The translations under genes and the position numbers were made by a program. A stretch of 64,000 nt of DNA from contig NC_045697.1 of NCBI RefSeq assembly GCF_009834535.1, positions 44,890,001-44,954,000 of the forward strand, written 5' to 3'. Shown here piece after piece: positions 1 to 12,100 of this stretch. The notes under the pieces were generated by a model. The model was not told the origin of the DNA, ran no database searches, and saw nothing but the letters and a program-made list of their open reading frames with translations. This DNA is from Camelus ferus (Eukaryota). Each line of letters starts with the position of its first letter. Positions within the stretch are counted from its first letter, which is position 1.

Positions 1-349
1 TACTGGTCTGGGAAAGCATGAAAACCAAATGGGAAGTCACACTTTGTCTAGAAATCATAAAACTGGCCAACTAAAATGTCTAAGAAACCATCTAAGTAGT
101 ATGTGTACTTTGGGGACCCATCGATTTAAGTGTTTAAGAGACTTCCAAATTGTTACTAATATGAGTAGATCTGGTCTTGACATCTACCAATGAATAAGAA
201 CTCATTCAGTTATCTGTGGGGTGCAAACTGCAGGCATCAAACGGAGATGCTTTATGCAGGCATCAATCCTTTAAATGGTTCTTTGCTTTCAACTGCATTT
301 GACAATTTATCAAAACTAGCCAGCCTCTGGTGATACCTGATTGAGAGTG

Positions 350-351
<2 letters not shown>

Positions 352-396
<45 letters not shown>
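352..396. repeat. (AC)n microsatellite, about 22 units
   Basis: Uninterrupted AC run read directly. Confidence 0.97.
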
Positions 397-399
<3 letters not shown>

Positions 400-1569
400 G
401 AACAATGAATACTTGAAACAAAACTTAATAACGTTATCATCAGAGATTCAATTTCTGAATTCTTTAAATTTTTATAATCCAATACTTAAGCAGTTCTTGC
501 CTCTTGCCCCCGACATTGTTCCAATTTAATCGAGTAAGTGTCATATGTTTGCTGTTTTAAAAACATAAATCCTAGATATAGACAATACGTGGCAGAAATT
601 GGCTCAGTAGAGGCAGAGTGTCTCTATTTCTGTTCTTTTTCCAAACCTAATTTAGTGGGAATGAAACAACATTGTAATAACTCTAAGAAGTAAACTCGTC
701 TTTAAAAAGGGGTGTAGAACCAATGGAGCCTCTTTTCAGTGCTCAATCACTTTGCCAAACGCACCCGCCAGTGAGGATGGAGTGAGAAGCTGCCCTTCCA
801 GAAGTCTCTTTTTGTAGGCTGGACTGGAGGAGCCATCAGTTGTGGCCCTCCATCCAGTTCTCTGACCAAGGCCTTAGCAGCCTCAGTCGTTCATCCCAAG
901 TCACTCTTCCTTCTGGGTTGCTTTAGCCTTTTGGCCCACTTGGAATATTTCTATCAATGGTTGTTAATGTTAATTTAAGGAAGACATGTTTAAGCACATC
1001 AGTCTTCTAAGTGAACCTTTATATATATATATTTAATATATATCAGTCAGTATGTAATTTATGTCTGTCTCAAAGTTGGATATAATGGCATTTTGTAAGT
1101 TACACTTTTGTGAATCCGCTGTGAAAGCCTCTCTAGCCCTGTAGATAATCAGGAGCAGACCATGTTATTCAGCCAAGTGTTCTGTCCTCGGAGGATGGAG
1201 GAAAGAAGTAGGCAGTGAGCTCACTGATTCTAAACAATGCCTGATAAAATCAGGCCCGTTTTCTTCAAAGTAGCAGGGTCTCATGGCCTAAAAGAAAAAA
1301 ATTAGGGGGTTCCTCATTTCATAATGAAGAACGCAAGACCTCAAGGCCAGCAATCCGTCTTAAGCTCACAAGGACGTCTATTAAGAAGAGAGAAGAATTA
1401 AACGCCTAGACGCCTGAGCGAGTGGTCCGCTTGTTTATCTGTCCAATGACTCCATCATAAAAGACCGGCAAAAATATAAGCTCTGATAAGGGTCATGTTC
1501 AACTCAAGCACATCAGCCACAGTCAGTATCTGCCCTTGGCAAAACTGTGTCAAAGTAAATTGTATCATA

Positions 1570-1921
1570 GTGGACAGAGCAATGCTCCACGCAGATCTCT
1601 GAGCACACTGCCCTCAGCTGTCAGCCCTCTCAGGAAATTGCCTTTGGCTGAAAGAGACATTGTGCCCAGCGTCTGCCCTCTTCCCAGGGCATCCCTTTCC
1701 CTCACCCCAGCTTAGGACAAGTCTAACCCAGCTTCATAGCTCCCCATTTGGTTGGCTGAGACCTTTGTTGAATTTGCACCACAGCCCAACATCTCCCCCT
1801 TCTCAGTCCTGCACCTTTCCCTTCCCTTCTCCAAGTGGAGATCCAAGAGCACTCCCTAATAAGCCTCGTGCTTGCTGATCTCCATCTCACAGTCTGCTTT
1901 GCCGGGAGCCTAACCTGCGAC
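1570..1921 (+). mobile_element. LTR16-type (ERVL) solo LTR, degenerate
   Basis: 3' part 'cacagcccaacatctccccct...gatccaagagcactccctaataagcc...ctccatctcacagtctgctttgccgggagcctaacctgcgac' matches the LTR16 3' end as I recall it. 5' boundary approximate. Confidence 0.75.
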
Positions 1922-3250
1922 CTGTGTGACCTATTTCTATCACCATTGAGTGTCTGGTGTCTTTGTGATGGAAGTCTTCATTTCTCTCCTATCGAAATCT
2001 GCTTTTGAAATTAATAAAAGACAAGAAGAACCTGCTTGTAGGAAAAAGAATGAATAAATTTATTCCCTCCAGGGTGTAACAGACCAACAAATTACAACAC
2101 ATGAAATTTCCAATTTTCCCCTTTGCAGTGACTCTTACACCCTAGCATCCCTTGAGGGATTGTTATGATTCAAAGTCTTACGCTGAAAACAGCTCTAACA
2201 AGTGAAATTTCAGGCATCAGTATATAAATGGACAACAGTGAGGCTTCACCTTTCTAGATTCATTTCAGGAAATTGCTACAACCGTCCATGTATAATACGG
2301 CTCACCCCATGCTGGTCACCCCGCCGACAGCGTTAGATGCCTGTACTCTAAAAAAGTCATTGTGCTTCTTCATGCTTGAGCTCCCGTGACAAACGCAGCA
2401 CCAGGCGAGCTGTGCTGGAGGGACTCATTAGGAGTTTCCTCTTTAGTAGAAAAATATTGATGCAACAATCAAGAAGGTCATAGCATGGGTAAGCCATGTT
2501 TTGAGTCTTTCATTTTCGCTAATTAAAGTGAACGTGTTACTGGAAGGTTTAGAAAGCCCACCCAGAGTCATTCACGATAGCTGCAGTTAGGAAACTGGGA
2601 TGCCAGCTGAAGTTTTTCAATGGAATGAAATGAGACTGACCAAGCGTATAGGTAAAATCCCCTTAGAAAATGGCCAAATTAAGGACGTGGACTCTCATTG
2701 GCCAGACCTCTTTTACACTCGTCTCATGTCCTGAGATTTCACTGTGTATTTTGTCCTTTGGCTCAAGTGGTTCTTTGCTACAAGTGTAACGTTTAGAGCT
2801 GCCTGTATTAATATTTTTAGGGAAGCTCATTTTACCCATCTCTGACCCTAATTTCTCCTCCAGAAATTGTTCTCAGGTTATCTGAGACTGTTTTCGAAGG
2901 TTGAATAGTATTGTTTAATTTCGAAGATCATTTTCCCAGGGGCCAGAGCACTAATGTCGGAATTCTTAGACATGTTCCTTAATTTACTCTCCCCCGTGGT
3001 GTATCTTAAGCTTAGTTAAAAACGCAGTTAGAGTCACTCAAGTTGCCCCCGTGTGGATGACCACACAAAGTCTTCAGTAGCTGGAATTTCTGTCTCCCCT
3101 AGATTTTACTTCCATTTAGGACAGAGAATGAAACTAGAAATCAGGAACAGGAAGAGAACTTCCCACCATTAGACTTCTGTGTCCTGGAAAATTTCCCACT
3201 AGTCAGGGAATCAGCATCATTTCCATAACCAGCTCCTTTAGAGTTTAGAC

Positions 3251-3490
3251 CTGTTGTTCTCAACTGGGGATGATTTTGCACCCTGCTCCAGGGGACGTTT
3301 GGCAATATCTGGAGACACAGTTGGCTGTCATGACTGATATGGGGAGGCGGGTGTGCTACTGGCATCTGGTGGGTAGAGGCCAAGGATGCTGCAAACACCC
3401 TATGGTGCACAGCACAGCACACACATCCCCACAATAAAGAGTTATCCAGTCCAAAACATTCATAGGCCTGGCCCTGAAAACGTGATTTAG
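3251..3490 (+). mobile_element. MER20 (hAT-Charlie) DNA transposon fossil
   Basis: 'gttctcaactggggatgattttgc...ggggacgtttggcaatatctggagac...gctactggcatctggtgggtagaggccaaggatgctgcaaacaccc' is characteristic of MER20. Confidence 0.88.
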
Positions 3491-4417
3491 CCAAACTAAG
3501 TGGATAACAGACAATAGATACATGCTCGATGGAGAGAAAATGTATTTCACTCTTCAGGACCCTTGCGTGTCTCTCCCTTGGCTTCACTTTGTAATGCTGC
3601 GACATGTGAGGCTGCTGTTCCAGCAGTGTGCTTCCAGAACAGTGTTTTGGGGTAAGGACTGCAGTCTTTTTTTTTTCCCCATCCAGTGCATATTTAGTGG
3701 TTACCTTTTTTGTGCCGGGCACTGGGCCAGGTAATTGGGTTACAGTGAAGAGTAAGTCTTCTTGGGTCTTTATGTTCCTCTGAAAGCGAACATTGAGGTC
3801 TTTCTCATGATATGGTACAAATGCATAAAGATGATGGAAGGTCATGAGAAAAACATTTGGTGGGAAGATTGTAGGGGTGGGGTGTGGGAGCTGTCTGCTT
3901 CCTTGGCTCTTCTCGCTTTCCTTACTGGACCAATTTTGACTTTGACCTTCCTTCTTTTTTTTTTTTTTTTTTTCCCACCACCCAAATTTGTTCTTACTTT
4001 CCTCTTTTAATTTAAACTTTCTGAATAACATGTATCCCTCCTCTTACAAACAAAATGAAAACACAAATAAAAACTGCCAGCAAACCAAGTTTAAAGATCA
4101 CACCCAACCTAAACCTTAAATTTAATTTTTCTTCATTAAAGATGCTTTTCTGTATGTTTATCCATGTCTGTGTTTTCTGTCCTTTAATACTGCCTATATT
4201 TTGGGTCTGAATATGTGCTGGCTCAGATTCTTAACTTTTTCTATGGGTTGTCCGAAAATGAATCAAAACCCTAGATGGGCTGATAAATATTTTTATGTTG
4301 CGTGAGGCAAGAATGGGAAAAAGTTGAAATACATTAGATCTTTGAGCCATATAAAACTCTTTATTATACATTTCTTTTAGTTCTTTTGGTTCTATTCAAC
4401 CAAAATAAGATAGTCAG

Positions 4418-5160
4418 TATATATATATATATACACACACACACACAACACACATACATACATATATACACACATATGCTTAATGTGTAAGCATGCATAT
4501 ATTATAAAGCAACAACAAAATAATAAAATCTTGAAAACAATCTAATATTCATCAGTAATGGAAAGCCTATATAAAGTATGGTATATCCATATTGTGGAAT
4601 ATTATGCAGCTATTAAGAAGAATGAGTCACAGCATATTTACCTAGCAGTCCATAAATCCGTATGAGAAGAAGCTGATATGGTTTACACTCTTGTGTGCTG
4701 GAGGTTAACCTGCGGAAATAGAAGAGGTGTTCTGAGTTCATAGACTAGAAGAAAAATTAACCCCAAATTATTGTATCAACTCTACCAATATTTTATTTTG
4801 CTATCTGTACATTTATAGCTTTTTCCTGTATGCATTCATGCATTCATGGAATCAGGCCTTTTTATTAATGATTCTTTCACTAAGAACTATAATAAAACTT
4901 GGACACAGACTCAAAAAAATAAAGAATCAATCAATATGGACAGATTGGAAAGATGTTGATAATATGGTCTTAGTAGAATGGTATAATCTCAGGAAAGAAA
5001 CTTCTCTATGTGCATGTGTAATATAATACATATAATCAATATGTAGTACTTATATATTTGCATAAAAATAGACAAGGTGTGGAAGGATGAACACAAATTT
5101 TTACTATTGGTTACCTCAGAAATATAGGTTAGAAAGGGGGCTGACTCATTAAGAATATAT
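4418..5160 (+). mobile_element. Old L1 (L1ME-like) 3' fragments with a (TA)/(CA) compound microsatellite at about 4418-4475
   Basis: 'tatggtatatccatattgtggaatattatgcagctattaagaagaatgag' and 'ggaaggatgaacacaaatttttactattggttacctc' are L1M 3' UTR motifs. Confidence 0.6.
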
Positions 5161-5564
5161 ATTAGTTTTGTAATTAAAGAGAAAGTGGAAAATTTTACAG
5201 AAAAAAAAAATGTAATACCATTTATGTGGTCGACCATAGCTCCATTGAACTCTTCATAGAATAGTCCAAATGCAGCAAACTTGCTTGTAAATCTCAACTG
5301 GCCTTGAATGCTGACGTGAAGTGTCTTTTTAGTGGCTCATCAGGCCACGAAAATATCCACACAAATATGTGAAAAGTCAGTCACGGGGAGAATGAGGGAG
5401 CTGAAGAAAGTGGGGAGGAGATGGCAAACCCCAGGTCTGCTGTTCAGACTCATACATCTCGCGATGGGGAGAAGCTCCACTCCATCCCTCAGGCGCATCA
5501 CAGGTCTCGCTTGAAAGATGTAGGCATCTGACAATTTGCACGTATCTCTTTGTGATCAAGATGG

Positions 5565-5710
5565 AGTACTGTGGATGGTTGAGAACGTGGGTTCTGGAGT
5601 CAGACTGCTTGGCTTTCTTTCCTGATCTAACTATTTCTGAGATATGACAATTAACCTAAGTGTGCTTCAGTCCTTTATTTGTGAAATGAAGATAAATACA
5701 AGTAATAACG
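5565..5710 (+). mobile_element. MIR SINE
   Basis: 'ggttgagaacgtgggttctggagtcagactgcttgg...ttaacctaagtgtgcttcagtcctttatttgtgaaatgaagata' matches the MIR core. Confidence 0.75.
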
Positions 5711-5900
5711 AATGTTCCAACTTGGAGGGGGTGGCAGTGGGTGCAGTGAAGGGCAGACGCTTGAAAAACGCTTGAAAATCCAGAGAAATCAGTGGGGTTA
5801 CGGCAGGTGGTACCCACCTGGGATTGGCAATGCACAGGGCAGCATCAGTATCATTGCGCTTTGACGGTTCTTACGTGTCTCCCCCCTTCTTGTTTTGCAG

Positions 5901-5954
5901 ACCACCATTTTCAGCACATTGGCCAGTGAGAAGTCCTTATCTGACTGCAAAAAG
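5901..5954 (+). CDS. Candidate 54-nt internal exon of an unidentified host gene. Coding status unproven; could be a UTR or non-coding exon.
   Basis: Acceptor: branch-like TTGAC/CTTAC, then 'ctccccccttcttgttttgcag|'. Donor: consensus 'AAG|gtaagt'. Length is a multiple of 3. Two frames are open (TTIFSTLASEKSLSDCKK; PPFSAHWPVRSPYLTAK). Lies in unique sequence. Confidence 0.45.
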
Positions 5955-7254
5955 GTAAGTCAGCCTCCAGGAATTCCAGCCAGCTGTCAGAGTAATAAAA
6001 GGCTTCAGAATTGATGACACTCAGTTGAAAAGCTCTGGTATCAGTGAGAATGTTCTGCTGACATATTGTCATCCTCTTTCCCCAGAGATGGAAATTTGAA
6101 TGGTTCTTTTTAAGGATGTGGAAAACTCTGTTACAGTTGACAGCATTTTCTTATAAAGAAGCCTTGGTTCCATATATTTCTATCTCGCTATTATCTGATA
6201 TTTTATTCTGCAAGATGAGCATCAAGGGAGTTCAGGCCAAGCGGCATGGCTGGTGTCTGTATCTTTGTTTGCAAATTTAAATCTAATAAACCTAAACCCA
6301 CTACAATATAAAAATGATTTTGTATTTTGAAAGCTGATCATAGAGCATAAAAATCTGGTTTGGATTCACCACAGTCAAGTTTGAGAAGCTGTCATGCTTT
6401 GCAGAAGGATTAGCCTCGCTGGCATCCGAGGGAAGCCGCCCCTGTAATGGATCGTGTCTGAAGCCTGCCTGCTGGAGCGGTAGCAGCATGTCTAATTCCT
6501 GGCCTTTGCAGTCCAGGGGGCACTTTTATCTGCCCCTTTAATCTTAGGTTTAACTAGATCTTCTCCTTCTTGAGGGGAAAGAAGTGATTTCACAGTCTGA
6601 AAACTCAGATGAATCGGTTGACACTATCTATTGATATGGAAAACCAGGTGCATAAAGTGTTGGCCCGTGTCTCCTATGTTAGTGACTTGGCATTTCTAAG
6701 GATTTTATACCATGACATTGTTTGCTGTGCTGTTTCCATTTCTGAATTTACTAGATATGGAAATAGGTAGCAGGAATCATCTTTGAAGGTGGCGGGTCGG
6801 CCCACTGTTCTGAATGCCATCCATTTCTTTATCTTGAGAGTTGTTTTTATTGCTTATTAAGTCTCTGATTGAGTTCTGCAGTGTTTGTCTTGTTCTCAGC
6901 TTCCCGAGGGTGAGGTCCATGTAGAAAATTGTAGATCTTAGAAAACAAAAGGACTTTTGGGGTTCTGTAGTCCCCCAGAGTGGGACTGCCGCCGATATGG
7001 TTTATAGGTGGACTTCTAGTCTCCACCTGCATGTTCTACTGACAGGGAACTTAATGAGCCTGACTGTTCACTAGTGAGACAAAGTATTTTACCGAGCCAG
7101 TGTCTGCCTCCTTTTGATTTCTGCCTGGTGATTTAAGTGTGAAGCCAGCTAATATGCTTTCTTCTGAATCTTCTCCCCACCCCACTGCTAGGCTAATTAT
7201 CTTCCTTCTTTATTTCTAATAAGATGTTGATAATGATTGATTTCCAAAAAACAT

Positions 7255-7460
7255 GGCTGCCAGGAACTGGCCATCTGATTTCAAAACCTGGCTCTGCCAC
7301 TTGTTACGTTTGTGACTTTGAGTTGGTTGCATAACACACTTGTGCCTCACTCTTCTCATCTGTACAATGGGGATAATAGTTGTACATAACTTGTATGGTA
7401 GATGAGTTAACTTGGAACAGTGCTCAGCACATACTAAGTGCTGTATTAGCTATTATTATA
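7255..7460 (+). mobile_element. MIR SINE
   Basis: 'cctggctctgccacttgttacgtttgtgactttg...gtgcctcactcttctcatctgtacaatggggataatag...cacatactaagtgc'. Confidence 0.85.
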
Positions 7461-7964
7461 TGGCTTCTAGACCAGGTTGTCTTTTTTTTTTCCTGCATGG
7501 TCTTTATTACCAATGTCAAGAATTGTGCTTTTCACCCTTTATTCAACAGGCTTGGTTTACAAACTTGGTGCACGACAGGCACAACAGAAGACATGGCCTG
7601 TGGTGAAAGCATAAGCTGTAGGCATTCTTGAGTGTAGCACTAACGTTTTACTAACACAGTGTAAGATGGCACATGTTTCTATTTATAAGTGTATCCTTCT
7701 GTTGACTGTGTGAAGTGTAACATCTTCACATGTGCCCTTAAGACCTTTTTCCATGAGCTGGCGTTAAAACATGGCTCTCTTTATATTTCTGTAAGTGATT
7801 CTTTTAGTATGAATGCAGGCCATTGTGTTTATTTTTATTCATTTGAAATTTTTCATCAGTCAGGATAATTTAGAAACCCAGGTCTGTTATCCAACTTATT
7901 ACTGCCTCTCCCAGTTCTGTCAGGCACAAACTGGACTAGCAGAGTTGGTCTCTCTGACTTCACT

Positions 7965-9490
7965 TTCACTCATCCATTCACCCATGTCTTCAGTGAACAG
8001 GGGTTCACTGAGCGTCTGCTGTGGGATATGAACTGGAATATCACAATGAACAAATAACATCTGACCTTTATCCTCATGGAACTTGTACATAGTCATTAAA
8101 TGAGTAAAATTGTGATGCATGATACACTCTGATAGCAAAATTGTGATGGATGATATGACTTTTTTTTTAAGTTGGGAAGTTCTGAGGTCATATACTAGGA
8201 GGGCCTAACCAAATCTAGGAGTCAGGGGAAACGTTCCTGAAGAATTGACCTTCACGCACAGTGAGCGAACGGGATCTGGCCGTGTGAAGGCAAGGTGGCG
8301 GCAGAAAAACAGCAAGTGTGAAAGTCTGGAGGGGAGAGGTGGAGAGCTACAAAATGTTCAGAAGGTCTGGAAATTACAACTTGAAAAAGAGAACGAGAAG
8401 AGAGATAAGACGCAGCCCGATCATGAAGGGCCTTGTAAAACTGTAGTAAGAGTTTAGATTTATTGTAAGGGTCACAAGAAATTTTTAAAGGACTTTGAAC
8501 TTGGGAAGGTAGGTGTGTGTGACATGTTTTTTATTTTAAGATCACTTGGCTACTGAACGACAGAGAAGCAAGATTTTAGGTATGAAGTCCAGGTGGAAGG
8601 CTATAATCTAGGCAAGAGATAGTAGTGGCCAGAATCAGAATTGTGGCAGTGGGATCGAGAGGTGCTTGGGTGATAGAATCAGCAGCGTATAATAATAGTT
8701 GGGTATGTGAGAGAGGACGACCCTAAGGATGATTCCCTGATTCCTGACATGGGCAACTGGCAGGACTACAGTTTTCTGAGAAGGAGCAGGGTTAGGGAGG
8801 AAGCTGATGGGTTCAGATTGATATATGTCAAATTTGTGGTCTGTGTGAGGTCCCTAGTACAGATGACCAGCTGGCATCTGGGCACATAGAGTTATAATTC
8901 AGGAGAGCTTTCTGGGCTGGAGATACGAATATGGGAGGAGCATGCATGTAGAATAAGATTGAAAGAGTAGGAATTGGTGAGATCACCCAGGGAGGGTGTG
9001 GAGAGTGAGAAGGAGGAGGGTTGAGGAACAGTGATACACAAGGGCTGGGAGAAGACTACGGACCTGTGAAGGAAACTGAGAAGACTGAGCCACTGACGTT
9101 GAAGGAAACCAGAAGAAAGTGATGTCACAGAAGTCAAATCGATAAAAAAAAAAGTTGTCATTAAAAATGAGGTAGTAATTAACATCAAAGCTGTTGCTGA
9201 AAAAAAAAAAAAAAAGAACTACTGCTGAAAGGTTAAGTAAAATAAGGACTGAAAAGCTTCCACTGGGTTTACCAGTATCATAGGTCACTGTTGGTTTTAA
9301 TGAGAGCAGTGATGGGTGCACAGGCCAGACCGCAGCAGATTTAAAATTGAGTAAGGAAGGAAATAGAAATGGTAAAATAGATTCTTTTTAAAAGGAATTT
9401 GTTGCAAAGGGAGGAGAGGGATGAGCAGTTGGAGGGGGGTTACAGGGTGAGAGCGGGATCCTTAGGATAAATGTGAGCACATCTAAACTC
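7965..9490 (-). mobile_element. L2 LINE, about 1.5 kb 3' portion with a degenerate RT region
   Basis: L2 tail-like sequence near 7970. Minus-strand translation 'SLGDLTNSYSFNLILHACSSHIRISSPESSPEL' resembles L2 RT '[33 protein letters not shown]'. Confidence 0.85.
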
Positions 9491-10184
9491 AAGGCACACT
9501 CTTAGAGGAGACGCCTAAGTTATTATCTTCTGACTTTCTCCCTCCATGATCTCTCCAGCCCAGACTGTTTAAGTAGAGTTGACAACACGGGGTGGGTGTG
9601 TACTTGGGTAGAAGGCTCCCCAAGCATGTCTCATCGTGTCTCCTGCCGCCTGTTTTCTGTTCATTGATATTTATATCTTTGTGTCTCGATGCTTTTCCGT
9701 CTCTCAGTGCAAGATATTTGGACCCAGATGTGTTGTCTCAGCAGTTTTTGTGTAGGGACACTCTGACTCAGCACCATTGAACTTCCAACATTTTAATTGG
9801 AAGTAATGTGCAAAACAGATACCCTCACTCCTTCTCCCAGGCTCCTTGCTCTGATCCTGACCCCCACCCCTGGGGCATAGGTCAGAGATAGGTGAGGGGT
9901 GACGGATAGGTGAGGGTGATGGATGGGATGAGGGTCAAGGCTAAGATGAACCCCAGGGATGGGTTACAGGTTAGCGATTTCTGTTTCACAAATTACTTGG
10001 AAATGAAAAATGGTGGTTTTCCAGTTTGACGTCACAATGCCCTACCTTATCCTGCTGTAACTTCCGTCTACATAACGGTAACCCAGACTCCAGCCAGAAT
10101 CCCTATCCGTAGATGTATAAATAGGTTTCTCATGTTGGAGAGTTTATTTTGAAAATTCAGCTGTCATTTTGATGGTTCATTGTA

Positions 10185-10186
<2 letters not shown>

Positions 10187-10242
<56 letters not shown>
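10187..10242. repeat. (GT)28 microsatellite
   Basis: Read directly. Confidence 0.97.
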
Positions 10243-10244
<2 letters not shown>

Positions 10245-11239
10245 AAGGGGCTCCATTTCTCTCTCTGTATGTCTCTCTCTGTTCTCTTTTCCTGGACTTC
10301 TGATATCTTAACCCATGTAAATGAGAACCTTTGAAAAACAGTACATTTAGGAAATATGTCCTTATATTAAAAGATGGTTTAGGGGCTATGTGGGAACCTC
10401 AAGGAGTGCCGCCTGTGGATGGTGGTAGTTTGTGGGGGTACTTGTGGTTGTGTTGACTGTGCTCTCTCTTCCATCCAACCCTTGGCTCTGACTTGAATCC
10501 TCCACTGTTACCAATGCCGTGTGCGTATGTGCAGAGCACGTGCCTTTGGCATCACTTAGCCCCTTGGATAATGTTTTTATTTTTAATAGACACAGATGAC
10601 GCTTCACTCACATATGGAGGAAAGGTAATTTTCTTTCAGGAAGGAAAATATACAATGTAATGGGCTTTTGGAAGTTTTCATCCATGTTGATGAATGGGTC
10701 TCTGTGTAAATACAGCCCAGATAGTGATATCAGTGGTTAAGATATTTACTTACAGTCGGTTCCTCAGCCTCTGTGACTATATTATATCTGGCTTCCTCTT
10801 TTAAAGACCAAGACTTAATGTCTAGACGGTGTGCACTGACCTCCACGAAGCTGGCTGGGCAGATTCCCATGACTCTCAGCCTCTTGGCAGGCTTTCCAGG
10901 CTGGTAGGTCACGGTGGCTTCTTCCCATGCCCCGAGGAGAGGCACAAGGACAAAGCAACCCTGTCAGCAGTGAGGAAAACTTTCATTTCCCCCCGAGAAA
11001 GACAGAATCGCAGTTCTGGAGCAGTCCCAGTGAAGGGTATCATTTCAAGTAAACATAAATGCTGTTTACTTTTGAAATAGATTGTTTTGGAAGCTATGAA
11101 GGTTTACTTTTGGCAGAGGGCTGTTTTTACTGACTTGCTGTAGGGCTTTCTGCTGGATGAAGGGTGATGTATACATACGTGCAAAGTTCTGTCCCTTTCT
11201 CATATGTGCCAACAGAGGCCAGTAATTTACAGGAAGGAA

Positions 11240-11698
11240 AGTTGTGTCTCTTTGAACAGATGGGGCAGCGTTGCAACCAACCCACCCTTCCTCCCTCCCT
11301 CCCTCCCTCCCTCCCTCTGTCTTCCCCCTCACTCTCAAAGCAAAGAATGAGCTTTTAGCACTCATTTGCAACATTTGGGAAAAGGAGAGGTGGTCCTGGA
11401 TTCCATGCACTCTCCTTTCAACTCTTATTGCCCAGTTTTGGTTTTTATTGTTGCATTTCCCATCCCCACTCTCCCGAGAGGCAGTATGGTGCATAGTCAA
11501 GAGCACAGACTCTGGAGAACAATCTCTGTGACTGCAGCCCCGGCTCCACCGCCCTCTACAACATCTTCCAGGTTACTCAGCCTCTGTGTGCCTCATCTGT
11601 CTCGTGTATAAAATGAGACAAATAATGGTATCCACCTATAGACTTGTTGTGAGGATGGAATAGGTGGATCCCACATAAAATTCTTGGAACAGTGTCAG
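11240..11698 (+). repeat. Left arm of a diverged inverted duplication: (CCCT)n, unique segment, MIR
   Basis: Colinear with the reverse complement of 14134-14560. GCACTCATTTGCAACATTTGG (11358-11378) equals the reverse complement of 14438-14458. Confidence 0.9.
11478..11698 (+). mobile_element. MIR SINE within the left arm
   Basis: 'gaggcagtatggtgcatagtcaagagcacagactctggag...ggttactcagcctctgtgtgcctcatctg...aaaatgag'. Confidence 0.8.
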
Positions 11699-12024
11699 AA
11701 AGAGATGTTCATTATTTTTCCATGCCTGTGCTTTCAGAGAATGTTTTGAGCTTTGGTACTTTGAGCCCCACTTTATCTTTCTGCTCTAAAGGAGCAATGA
11801 CATCAAGGAAAGCACATCGGTGGACCTGGGCTAACATCAGCATCTGGAAAAATGTGAACAGTAATCGCACTAGAGAAGTACCCTCATATGGGTCTCTAAC
11901 TCTTGCTTGCTCTAATTCTTAATAATTAGAATGCACTCAAGTTCAATATTGTTACGGATTCTAGCTCTGTAGAAGCAAAGCATTTCTTAATAAATGTAAA
12001 AACCTTCCTAATAGTACAGTGAAT

Positions 12025-12100
12025 ATACTTTTCTGTATCTCTAGCACCTGACACAATTTTGAGCACATAGTAGATATTTAATAATGCTCGTTAATTCATA
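12025..12100 (+). mobile_element. L2 3' tail fragment
   Basis: 'ctgtatctctagcacctgacac...gcacatagtagatatttaataatgctcgttaat'. Confidence 0.65.

Noticed and set aside
3141..4031. Longest ORF (296 aa, minus strand)
   Set aside because: Runs through a poly-T tract (poly-K), an L2 scrap and MER20. No domain signal or splice structure, so a chance ORF.
5757..5778. ACGCTTGAAAA x2 and other small local duplications (about 8105-8155, 17992-18040, 49226-49280, 9888-9935)
   Set aside because: Ordinary slippage duplications with no array structure or spacers; not CRISPR-like.
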